Virus record (IMG/VR): IMGVR_UViG_3300032675_000001
Location: 1 to 64,000 of that record
Reading direction: 5' to 3' (one strand)
Length of the DNA stretch: 64,000 nt
Position numbers and translations under genes: made by a program. Positions 38,359 through 47,048 of this stretch are shown in pieces. Position 1 is the stretch's first letter. Every line of letters begins with the position of its first letter. The notes under the pieces were generated by a model, which was given only the letters and a program-made list of their open reading frames with translations, was not told the DNA's origin and searched no databases.

Positions 38359-38577
38359 TCATAACCATCTCAGAGAAAACAGCATTGCAGATTTTTCGTT
38401 GTCAAAATAAAATGTTTTAATCGCAACATGCTCACTTCTAACCGGATACATTTCTTGAAAGTTGCAATATGTACCAAGAAAACCATCACAGTTGCGAAGT
38501 GCCCATTGTTCTAAATCCCCATCATCAACAAATCTATTTTGATAATCCATGTTGACTAGGACGATTCTGTTATCCAT
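38359..38577 (-). CDS. Small protein, F-x-L-x-W C-terminal family
   Basis: Ends FDNEKSAMLFSLRWL. Confidence 0.6.
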   Translation of the reverse strand: MDNRIVLVNMDYQNRFVDDGDLEQWALRNCDGFLGTYCNFQEMYPVRSEHVAIKTFYFDNEKSAMLFSLRWL

Positions 38578-39305
38578 CAGTAGCCTCCTGCTGCCAAGAG
38601 TTGCTTGACTTGAGATACCATTTCTGGATCACGCTTGAACTTTACTGCCCATTGCTCAGGATTGATATACTCCAGAATATATTTCTGTTGCACTTCATCC
38701 AATCCTTCCAGAAAGGCTATGCCACTCTCACTATGGAACAGCATCCACGGGCTAATCTTACCGTTTGTGACTGCTTGTGCGAGGCGATTGCGGTTTACGT
38801 AACGCAAGCAATCTTTGGTTTGTACACCTGCTTCTTTAGCAAGATCAATCGTAGTTTCAATGCTACGTGCCACTGCATCAAGAGGGTCTTCATCTTTGAG
38901 ATATTGAACTAAGAACATATTGTAGTTCACGTCACTACACCAGTTGTCAATCTTGATCTTATTATCAAGAAGCCAATCAGCATATCTATTTACGTTCAAT
39001 GCCTTGATATTAACACAATAATGACCAAACTTTACAAAAGCAATATAGTATGCAGACTTTGCAAAGTCCAAATATGTGAGACTTTTCTTAGCGGTATTCT
39101 TTTTATAGAAACGAATCCAAGACTGGAAACCGATACGATTTCCAGCCAAATCACGGTCTTGCCACCTACGCTTACTTTCGCACAGGTGTTTTACCATCGT
39201 GGTTTCCTTTTGAAAACTACGATTGCAAAACTCACACTGAAACTCTGGCTTAGTTTCCGAGAGCTTCTTCGTAGTTTTTGATATCTTGATCCGTGATAAG
39301 TTCAC
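38577..39305 (-). CDS. Zinc-finger protein in the replication cluster
   Basis: CEFC...HLC N-terminal motif; GKISPW. Confidence 0.65.
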   Translation of the reverse strand: MNLSRIKISKTTKKLSETKPEFQCEFCNRSFQKETTMVKHLCESKRRWQDRDLAGNRIGFQSWIRFYKKNTAKKSLTYLDFAKSAYYIAFVKFGHYCVNIKALNVNRYADWLLDNKIKIDNWCSDVNYNMFLVQYLKDEDPLDAVARSIETTIDLAKEAGVQTKDCLRYVNRNRLAQAVTNGKISPWMLFHSESGIAFLEGLDEVQQKYILEYINPEQWAVKFKRDPEMVSQVKQLLAAGGY

Positions 39306-39837
39306 TTAATAACTCTATTTCATCATATTTAATGGTTGGAAACTTATCTGAAAGATACATCTTTATCTTGTGATTGTCAACATAAACATTACTCAAAAGT
39401 TCAATGTCGCTATCACTATAAGATGGGTATATTTTTTTAAAATACTCCTTAATATCTTTGGATTTTGGAGACTCGTGCAGTTTACTCACTCGGTCTTTGA
39501 TGTGCGGAATCCACTGGTGGAATTGTTTGCCTATGCCCGGTGCAGCAGCACAAAGCATCAGCCATACCAAATCCGGATGTTTCTGTATATTCTCATTAAA
39601 TAGATACATATTAGCATGATATTCAGTGCTTTGTAAGTAATATGACTGGATATCTTTATTGCCTTTGATGGCGCTCATCCATTGTACCAGCATATAGAAA
39701 CTAATACTTTTTTTCTGGGATTCATTGAGGTTTTTATAATAATTATAATCTTTGCGATCTAGTGCAGCCAATACATCAAACAAGTTGACTGTTTGGTTTT
39801 CTAGTTGGTGTTCTACTGGTAAATTTTTCTTTGACAT
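39250..39837 (-). CDS. Possible clamp-loader small subunit (gp62-like)
   Basis: Size, replication context and weak motif similarity (LVQWMS...N...HPDLVW...FHQWI). Confidence 0.45.
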   Translation of the reverse strand: MSKKNLPVEHQLENQTVNLFDVLAALDRKDYNYYKNLNESQKKSISFYMLVQWMSAIKGNKDIQSYYLQSTEYHANMYLFNENIQKHPDLVWLMLCAAAPGIGKQFHQWIPHIKDRVSKLHESPKSKDIKEYFKKIYPSYSDSDIELLSNVYVDNHKIKMYLSDKFPTIKYDEIELLSELITDQDIKNYEEALGN

Positions 39838-39843
39838 TTTTAT

Positions 39844-39872
39844 ATAATATCACACTGATTGGGTTCTGTCAA
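39844..39872 (-). promoter_or_regulatory. Sigma70 promoter immediately after the GIY-YIG stop codon
   Basis: TTGACA-N17-TATTAT. Confidence 0.75.
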
Positions 39873-40571
39873 CTATTTTGGTTTCTGTTTGCACTTATCA
39901 CCATGATACTTACTGAAGTTTGGCTTGCCTACCATTTTATCACAGTAAATACAAGTTACTCGGATTGTATTTGGGTTCGGGATATTACGAGCAATGCGGG
40001 TAGCTTTTTGTTTTTGTATACTCTCGTCTGTGCGTTTATCGGTCCCGTTCTGTCTTCTAGTATCCCATCGTTTTGCGTTGCTTTCAGGCGTGTTTGGATT
40101 CATAGTTCCGTTACGTTTTCTAGATTCAAGCTGTTTGACAACCCGTTCTGGTGTTTGGGTATTAATGGTTCCATTCTTCCGGCGAGATTTTATTAAACTG
40201 GCAGTATGTTCCGGTGTCCTATCGTATGATCCGTTTTCTTTTCTAATAGTCACTGCCTTTTTGATTGTCTCTTCCGTGTGTTCTATGCCTTCGCCTGATT
40301 CTGGAATTAGATTAGCCCATGTCTTGTGTCCGAATTCGTCCCGTTCATACACTACATTCCATAACTCACTGTAGTATAATCCCCAGTGACGAAGTTCATC
40401 ATTAGTCTGACATTCCTTGAGTATTTCCGTAGTAACATCATATCCGTGTTTTCTAAGGTGCGGTTTCCATAGGTCACCTGACCCTTTGTATTTGTAGGGG
40501 TCTTGCGAGGTTTTTCCAAGGTATTTAAACCCTGTTTTGTTATGGGTCTTCTTATACAAATAAATAGTCAT
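39873..40571 (-). CDS. Free-standing GIY-YIG-like (Seg-like) homing endonuclease with RxxNGT repeats and zinc finger
   Basis: IYLYKKTH..TG.KYLGKT..DPYKYKGSG..W..HL...WANLIPESG; CIYC...YHGDKC. Confidence 0.85.
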   Translation of the reverse strand: MTIYLYKKTHNKTGFKYLGKTSQDPYKYKGSGDLWKPHLRKHGYDVTTEILKECQTNDELRHWGLYYSELWNVVYERDEFGHKTWANLIPESGEGIEHTEETIKKAVTIRKENGSYDRTPEHTASLIKSRRKNGTINTQTPERVVKQLESRKRNGTMNPNTPESNAKRWDTRRQNGTDKRTDESIQKQKATRIARNIPNPNTIRVTCIYCDKMVGKPNFSKYHGDKCKQKPK

Positions 40572-40647
40572 AGCTGATGCTCCTTCTAAGCGTTAGTGTA
40601 GTTGGGAATTGGCGTTCCGTGAGCTACATCAGATATGACTATTTATC
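40560..40647 (-). ncRNA. Conserved structured endonuclease leader, copy 2
   Basis: GATAAATAGTCATATCTGAT GTAGCT CAC GGAA cgccaa TTCC C AACTAC ACTAA CGCT tagaagg AGCA TCAGCT ATG ACTATTTAT. Confidence 0.8.
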
Positions 40648-40689
40648 CCAAACCACATCTTTATTCTATTAAAGGGGTCTCTTTAGCCA

Positions 40690-40971
40690 TTAGATTGCCT
40701 GTGGGTTTTGATAAATCATATTCTTGCCATCATAAGAAATAACAAAGACAGACACATCCATATCACTATTGTACCATTTATTCAAGCATTCATTGTATGC
40801 TTTCTTAATCGCAGCATCAAGATCACAATTTGGAATCGTTAAATCTTCCAGCTTGAATGGCTGTTTGAGGATTTCTGTACCCCCTGCTGTACGTCGAAGA
40901 ACGTGAAAGTAGAAGTTTGGCTTATACCCTACTGGTTCTACATTGATACGAGCGACTTTGATATCACTCAT
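40690..40971 (-). CDS. Hypothetical protein
   Basis: 93 aa, ATGA-coupled. Confidence 0.5.
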   Translation of the reverse strand: MSDIKVARINVEPVGYKPNFYFHVLRRTAGGTEILKQPFKLEDLTIPNCDLDAAIKKAYNECLNKWYNSDMDVSVFVISYDGKNMIYQNPQAI

Positions 40972-41267
40972 CGCTTAAGCGCCTCATAGGTGATGATATG
41001 TGCTAATGCCTGCCCCAAATCTTCATCCTTCGGAATAACATGCAGGGAAGTGGATGAACGATCATTCGCAACATCATAGTAAGTTACTTCCACAACTGTT
41101 CCACCATTAGCATTGTATGTACGAAATGAAGTACTTGGTGAGTTTAAATCGCGTGATATGGAATTCCTGCGAGAATAGTTAACATCCGGCATCAAAACTG
41201 GTTCATTTTGCACCTTTTCCCATGCTTTGCGAGATTGCTTTAGAAACCAATTGTCAAACCACTTCAC
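40968..41267 (-). CDS. Hypothetical protein
   Basis: 99 aa; ANGGTVVE...LHVIP. Confidence 0.6.
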   Translation of the reverse strand: MKWFDNWFLKQSRKAWEKVQNEPVLMPDVNYSRRNSISRDLNSPSTSFRTYNANGGTVVEVTYYDVANDRSSTSLHVIPKDEDLGQALAHIITYEALKR

Positions 41268-41401
41268 TTCTTTTTCCCTCTCTTAGTTGGAATAGAGATT
41301 TCAATATTTGGATACAAAGTGCGAATAACACCCATAATATCAGAATCCTGATTACGCTTCTGAAACTCTTTGATTGACGATTCCTTAATCATATTTTCTC
41401 C

Positions 41402-41905
41402 TTAAAAAGCCAACGAATAATCTACTACTTCACAGTTACGGCTGATTTCTTTGACGAAATAAACGCATCTTGGTTTTTCTCCGTCATCAATAGGCACACA
41501 TAAAAACTGCCCATTACGAAGTCTTGGTGCGAACCAAGTTACATCTGGATATATGTCTAATATTTCAATAGGTAAGAATGAAGGCGAGAACGATGTTAAT
41601 GGATTAAACTCAAATGCATGAAACCCTCTATCGTTTAAGCTAGAAAGGGGCAGAGTCTCCAAATCGCCATGTTCCTGTTCTCCGATTAGCACTTGCCAAT
41701 CAACAGGCATCTTGATCGTTTTATCAGCAATCTTTAGTACGAGTGCTGGAGAGTTAAATGATTCCAGAAAGATCAATGGTATGAAATGATAATCAACGTT
41801 AGATGGTGTTGAGTTGTCAAGTATTGCGAAACGCATATCATCTATTTCTTCTGGAAGCTGCTCAAGATTGAAGAATGTGTTTTCTTCTAATGTTAATATT
41901 CTCAT
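41402..41905 (-). CDS. Hypothetical protein
   Basis: 167 aa; TTGACA-N17-TACAAT promoter at 41912-41940. Confidence 0.65.
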   Translation of the reverse strand: MRILTLEENTFFNLEQLPEEIDDMRFAILDNSTPSNVDYHFIPLIFLESFNSPALVLKIADKTIKMPVDWQVLIGEQEHGDLETLPLSSLNDRGFHAFEFNPLTSFSPSFLPIEILDIYPDVTWFAPRLRNGQFLCVPIDDGEKPRCVYFVKEISRNCEVVDYSLAF

Positions 41906-41944
41906 GATGTTATTGTATCAAATATTGTGTTGTATGTCAACATG

Positions 41945-42781
41945 TTAGTAGTCCAACTTCTTTATTGTAAATGGATACTGTGCTTCCTTATAAAAAGCCT
42001 TACGTTGCGTTAGGTGTCTCTTTGCAAACTTGCAGGTACTTGTTAGGTCCCAAATCTGCACAAAATCCTTGTCTTCCGCTTTTCTTACACCACGCCCAAT
42101 GCTCTGAATAACACGAACAAACGACTTACCAGGTTCAATAAGTACCAAGTTAAAGATACGAGGAATATTGATACCGACAGCCGCAACGCCATACGTGGCG
42201 ACAATAATCTTGTCATCACTCGTGGCCACTTCATCGTATTCTTCCTTTCTTTCTGTTAGTTTAGTGTTTCCGTTGACAAACACCGCGTTGTCCAATCGGC
42301 TCACTAACTCTTTTCCTGCATTCACACGGTCTACTAGGACCAACGTGTTGCCAGTTTTATTGATTTCTTTGATTAGAGAAGCCATCTTATCTAATCGCTT
42401 TTCATCTTCTAAGAGATGTTTGAGTTCAGCCTGATAGTTGGAAAACTCCTTGTTATCTTTCATCTGAATGATGTTTACGTGGCAGTTAGCCAGAACTCCC
42501 TTATCCTGTAGTTCTTTTGCGCCAAGCTTTCCGACAACTGGACCAAGAGATACTAACAGTGATACTTGATCCATCAAATCCTTTGGAATCGTCCCTGTCA
42601 ATCCCCAACGAATAGGTATGTCAGAAAACACTCCTGTTAGCATAGTCTTAAGTACATCGGCCTTTGCCATGTGGCAGTTGGAAACTACTGCTCCATCAAC
42701 TATGTAATTATGATCATTTTCAATATGGAGATTGAACACTTCGTCGGGTTTATCAATTTCAGTTTTTCTTATTAGCTTCAT
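41945..42781 (-). CDS. uvsW: Split intein C-part (35 aa) fused to the C-terminal half of a UvsW-like SF2 helicase
   Basis: VFNLHIENDHNYIVDGAVVSN|CH; GLTGT, GINIP, QSIGRGVR helicase motifs III, V and VI. Confidence 0.92.
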   Translation of the reverse strand: MKLIRKTEIDKPDEVFNLHIENDHNYIVDGAVVSNCHMAKADVLKTMLTGVFSDIPIRWGLTGTIPKDLMDQVSLLVSLGPVVGKLGAKELQDKGVLANCHVNIIQMKDNKEFSNYQAELKHLLEDEKRLDKMASLIKEINKTGNTLVLVDRVNAGKELVSRLDNAVFVNGNTKLTERKEEYDEVATSDDKIIVATYGVAAVGINIPRIFNLVLIEPGKSFVRVIQSIGRGVRKAEDKDFVQIWDLTSTCKFAKRHLTQRKAFYKEAQYPFTIKKLDY

Positions 42782-43673
42782 ATAACTTCCTTATTTTTGT
42801 TGCGGTTTTTTCATCGAATCCGGAGAGGTCAGTGGGACAGCCATTAGTCAATAGCCATTCCTGTGTCACGATAATGACTCTAAAACCATTTTGGTTAGCC
42901 CACTCGTTGAGTGCAACTATTTTTGCGTCAAATATCTCACCTTTACATAACTCCGCCGGTTTCACTTCCGCTACCTGTTTGGTTTCATAGTCAACAAAAT
43001 CAGCTATGTATATTTTTCGATTACCGTTGATAGTGTATTCCAATCTCAACGTTTCATATTCTGCATCCGGATACATATACTGAAACAACGCTTCCCAGCT
43101 TGATCTATATTTCTTTCCGTTAAATTCTGCTGCCCAATGCGTATTTCGATTGTTAGAATTTGGGGTAAAGTCTCCGGCTAATATTTTAGCTTTCATCACA
43201 TCTGACCGGTGTTGTTTATCTTGGTCAGACATTTTTACACCATGCATTCCGTTTGCTTCCCCGCTATTTGCTCGGGAGGCGATGCGGCTATCGGTGTGTT
43301 TAGTCAACCCCTTTGCCCATGAAGTTTGGAGTCCGGTCTTTCCTTTATTCCATGGCACTCCTGTATTTAAATTGCGGCTACTAAGTTCAGGATGTAGTTT
43401 ATGGACTGCTTCACCACCAATTGCGGCAAGCTTGGCCTTTATTTCCCGATCGGTTATCAATCCAGCGAGAAGCAAATCCATGTTCTTCACCCAAAGATCA
43501 GTCTTGATATTCATCACTCTCTTTTTGAACTTGCCAAACTCGGGCTGTATTAATATCTCGCCAGTTGATAATTCTAATGTTGCTTTTCCAAAATCAACTA
43601 CCCTTACCCGTTGGTCATATGTTTCTAGTCGTCCATTTAATCGGACTTTCCATTGTTCATATGTAATTTTCAT
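42759..43673 (-). CDS. Free-standing endonuclease (TnsA-N/PD-(D/E)XK-like with NUMOD3-like motifs) between the split-intein halves
   Basis: PWNKG, GEANGMHG, YRSSWE...YE...YIADF...EVKP; start is likely MKITY at 43673 after SD AGGAG. Confidence 0.8.
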   Translation of the reverse strand: MKITYEQWKVRLNGRLETYDQRVRVVDFGKATLELSTGEILIQPEFGKFKKRVMNIKTDLWVKNMDLLLAGLITDREIKAKLAAIGGEAVHKLHPELSSRNLNTGVPWNKGKTGLQTSWAKGLTKHTDSRIASRANSGEANGMHGVKMSDQDKQHRSDVMKAKILAGDFTPNSNNRNTHWAAEFNGKKYRSSWEALFQYMYPDAEYETLRLEYTINGNRKIYIADFVDYETKQVAEVKPAELCKGEIFDAKIVALNEWANQNGFRVIIVTQEWLLTNGCPTDLSGFDEKTATKIRKLYEANKKN

Positions 43674-43700
43674 AAATACTCCTGCCTTAGCCATATGTAT

Positions 43701-44717
43701 TTATGTTTTGTTTACGATTTCGTGATTTTCAGTAAGTTCGTCTGCCCGACACCATCCTAGGTTTGTTAGAAACTTATGATTTCCGGTAACCCTAATTACA
43801 CTTCCATTATCAAATTCCATTTCATACATTTTTTCAGTGGAAGATATTGTAAGATTCCGGTGTTGTTTTACTACTGTATCTTCCTTAAAGATTCCGGACT
43901 GTTCGCAATAATTGATTATTTTATCTCCAACTTTAACGTCCTTGATTGGTAGATGCCCATTCGGGGTTAGCACTCTGGCTTCTCCATCAAAACATTCGTC
44001 AACCATCACACATACAACGTCTTCAAAAAAGAATTCGTCCATTTCTGGATCAGCATCTTCATCCTTAACCGATTTGAATAGGTTATTTAGAGATTGCCAT
44101 GTGCAAATGGTATGTGTCTTACCGTATTCTTTACGATCACCAAAGTAGACACCCACATCTAGTCCAAGATTGATGTAGTCTGCCTCTGTTTGCACCACCA
44201 GAGACTTGTTAGGGACGATTACAAGCGATCTACCATATCTTTCTATACATTGTGATAGTCCAGCAGTGATAAGCGTCTTACCGGCTCCTGTGGCAACTTC
44301 TTGCAATGCCTGTGGATTAGATAAAAAGGTGTTAATAATCTCAACCTGATAGTCTCGCAATAAGATTGGTTTTCCTTCTGCTGGATGACCCTTTGGCCAT
44401 AGTGTTTCAGCGAAGGTATCTTCTTTGATCAAATCAAATTCTAGGTCTTGACGGCTGCGATGATCTTCCAACTCAATATCATAATCATGATCTATCAAAT
44501 ATGGAATGATCTGATCTAACAGGTTGAGATATGTGCTTCCGGCTAGAGAGAAGTAACTTACTTTTCCGTTCCACCTACCAAGTCTTACGGCAGGTAAAAA
44601 TCTTGCACCTGGTTTTTCGTACTCAAACTTTTTTGTTAATGCTCTTCGGACATCTAGTTCAAGTCCTTCTATTTTTACATTAACTTCATCTTTGATTATT
44701 ATTTTTGCTTCTCTCAT
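43701..44717 (-). CDS. uvsW: N-terminal half of a UvsW-like helicase fused to a split intein N-part (97 aa, 43704-43994)
   Basis: LRDYQ, ATGAGKT, VMVDE|CFDGEARVLTPNG (block A), VTGNHKF (block B). Confidence 0.92.
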   Translation of the reverse strand: MREAKIIIKDEVNVKIEGLELDVRRALTKKFEYEKPGARFLPAVRLGRWNGKVSYFSLAGSTYLNLLDQIIPYLIDHDYDIELEDHRSRQDLEFDLIKEDTFAETLWPKGHPAEGKPILLRDYQVEIINTFLSNPQALQEVATGAGKTLITAGLSQCIERYGRSLVIVPNKSLVVQTEADYINLGLDVGVYFGDRKEYGKTHTICTWQSLNNLFKSVKDEDADPEMDEFFFEDVVCVMVDECFDGEARVLTPNGHLPIKDVKVGDKIINYCEQSGIFKEDTVVKQHRNLTISSTEKMYEMEFDNGSVIRVTGNHKFLTNLGWCRADELTENHEIVNKT

Positions 44718-45700
44718 TTTACCTCTATTGGACGTGAATCTTTGACGATGATCATCTTATCAATGCGCGTAACAGAAGGAGGATTATCATAAACGGATAC
44801 GCACATTTGCTGTTCATCATCACTTGTTGCTGTTCGGAAACCGTTGGAAATAGTTATATCGGCTTTAGTCATTGATTCCCTGATTTGTTTACCAAGCATA
44901 CCATGTGCAAGGCCCCTGCCAAACACTATTTTGCTGCAACCAAGCCCCGTGATCATAGATGCCAGTGTTTCTGCCTCAGCAGCCTCAACGTATGTCGTTT
45001 GCTCTGCAGCAAACTTTAGAAATGGATCATGGTCAACCAACACGGGATCAACCCTGATTCCAAGCTGACTAAGTTTATACAGCGTCATTGGCTCAAGATT
45101 TAGCTCCATGTCACCTATCACATCTGCAAGTACAGATGACATTGCGGCAATCATTAGTTTGCCATTGACCGATGTAAGTGTCGGATTCCAGACCTGAGCA
45201 TCATACTGCTTCAAGTCTTCCAGAATCTGGTTAATGTTTTCACAGAACTGGACCGTTGAAAAATGTTTGTACAGTTCGGTTACAGCAATTTTGAGTGCAG
45301 TTGTTCTAAACGGAGACGTATAAAGTTTACGTTCCTTGTTCCACTGAAAAGTGTTGCTGGGAATTTCCCTAAATTTGGTAATGAAAGTCTTGTTAAACGG
45401 AACACGAATAGTGATGTCATCATCTACGATGCTCACTACTGCTCCGGTATATTCTGGTGTGCTTTGAACAACCATAGACTTCCACGGAAGAGCAATGACT
45501 GTCTTCCCATCAATACCCTGCTTGGTCATCTGCTTATTATATTTAGTTACCAGACGATCAAACAAATCTGCCTGATTGGATGTAACTCTATTATCATTGT
45601 GAATCATCGTCTGCAAGTTTGCAAGAAACTTGTAGTCATATTGGCTTAGACTAATCTTCCCCTGCAGGAAAAAGTAGAGCAGTTGTTCTTTCGTTTCCAT
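44714..45700 (-). CDS. Hypothetical protein
   Basis: 328 aa ORF coupled to uvsW. Confidence 0.65.
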   Translation of the reverse strand: METKEQLLYFFLQGKISLSQYDYKFLANLQTMIHNDNRVTSNQADLFDRLVTKYNKQMTKQGIDGKTVIALPWKSMVVQSTPEYTGAVVSIVDDDITIRVPFNKTFITKFREIPSNTFQWNKERKLYTSPFRTTALKIAVTELYKHFSTVQFCENINQILEDLKQYDAQVWNPTLTSVNGKLMIAAMSSVLADVIGDMELNLEPMTLYKLSQLGIRVDPVLVDHDPFLKFAAEQTTYVEAAEAETLASMITGLGCSKIVFGRGLAHGMLGKQIRESMTKADITISNGFRTATSDDEQQMCVSVYDNPPSVTRIDKMIIVKDSRPIEVK

Positions 45701-45734
45701 TGTATCACTATATCATAATCTGTAGCAAAAGCAA

Positions 45735-45765
45735 GAAAAAAGGGGAAGACCTAAGCCTCCCCCTG
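45735..45765 (-). terminator. Intrinsic terminator
   Basis: Minus strand AGGGGGAGGC-ttag-GTCTTCCCCT-TTTTT. Confidence 0.7.
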
Positions 45766-45799
45766 AGTTTACCACCGAAATGGTCTGGTGGAGAGAAAT

Positions 45800-45973
45800 T
45801 TAGAGTTTTTGGCGAATACGTACTGTCTCAAAGAGTGCAATAAGGGCGATGCAAAACGCTATGTGATCCATGCTTCCCCATTGACCACTGAAAATCCTGA
45901 TGACTGCTTCCAGTACAAAAACTTGCCATATGGTCCAGAGCCACGCAATAACAAACTTAATCTCGTCTTTCAT
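45800..45973 (-). CDS. Small hydrophobic protein (57 aa, not in the track)
   Basis: MKDEIKFVIAWLWTIWQVFVLEAV..., SD AGGGG. Confidence 0.45.
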   Translation of the reverse strand: MKDEIKFVIAWLWTIWQVFVLEAVIRIFSGQWGSMDHIAFCIALIALFETVRIRQKL

Positions 45974-45984
45974 TTCATTTCCCC

Positions 45985-47016
45985 TTAGCGCCGACGCATG
46001 ACAGTGGTTTCTGCCAGTGCGCGCCAGTTCTTGGGCGACACCTTCACGAGATCAGCGATCTTGAGAGCAGTACGAATAGACAGTTCACGCAACTTCGTGG
46101 AGTTCTCTTGCATGAAGTCAAGAACTTCCTGCCCTTCGTTTTCCATAAAGTTGTAGTCTCCAAACAGGCCACCATCACTATCACGGTGAACCTGCTTGAT
46201 ACGCAGCATCTTATCGCGTTCCGAGTCAATCGTCAGGTCAATAAAGTGACAACGCGATTCGAGTGCTTCAAGGTGATCTTGAAGCTTCTTGGAGCGAACA
46301 TTTTCAAACTTGAGGTTCGTAATGAAGATAGCCGAACCATTGAAGTTGAAGCTATTGGGAATACCTTCATCACGCAGCAGGCGCGAATCCGAATTCCAGC
46401 AAATACGCCGCCGCTTGCCGCTATCCAGTGCTGCCTTGAGGATGTTCAGTGACAGTTCATCAGCGAAGACGCTATCACAGTCATCAAACACCAGAACATT
46501 CTTCTTATCGCTATACTTGTAAAGCTGTGCATACAGACCCAGAGCGGTCATTGCACCCTTGACAACGTTGTGACGCAGCTTGTTTCCGGCAATCTGATCA
46601 AACATTGCAGACTTTTCAAGCTGCTGTTCAACCCCGAACGACTTGCCAACGCCCGGAGGACCCGAAACGATCATCGCACGAACATCGCCACGAATACACG
46701 CAGCGGCCATATCATCAAGAATTTGAAAACGAGAAGAGATGCGATCCATCGCTTCTTCGTCAGTCTCAGTCACCACAGGCTTTTTGCCTGCCTTCGCGAC
46801 CGGAGTATCATCAACAGGACCGTCAATGATTTCATAATGAGAAGTACTATCCACTTTAATCCTTACTTTGTTACAATCCACGGGAAACTTGTTGTCATTC
46901 AGAACGGTAATGAAAGAACCATGAACACCGTCTTGAATACCTTTGAGCATCACGAACTCCCGATTGATAACCGGCTTGCCGCGAAACTCACCATACTTTA
47001 CGATAATGTTGGTCAT
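45985..47016 (-). CDS. AAA+/P-loop ATPase
   Basis: GPPGVGKS, VLVFDDCD, FITN, ALESR. Confidence 0.85.
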   Translation of the reverse strand: MTNIIVKYGEFRGKPVINREFVMLKGIQDGVHGSFITVLNDNKFPVDCNKVRIKVDSTSHYEIIDGPVDDTPVAKAGKKPVVTETDEEAMDRISSRFQILDDMAAACIRGDVRAMIVSGPPGVGKSFGVEQQLEKSAMFDQIAGNKLRHNVVKGAMTALGLYAQLYKYSDKKNVLVFDDCDSVFADELSLNILKAALDSGKRRRICWNSDSRLLRDEGIPNSFNFNGSAIFITNLKFENVRSKKLQDHLEALESRCHFIDLTIDSERDKMLRIKQVHRDSDGGLFGDYNFMENEGQEVLDFMQENSTKLRELSIRTALKIADLVKVSPKNWRALAETTVMRRR

Positions 47017-47048
47017 AACAATCTCCTGTGTGTTTGGTGAGGCAATCT

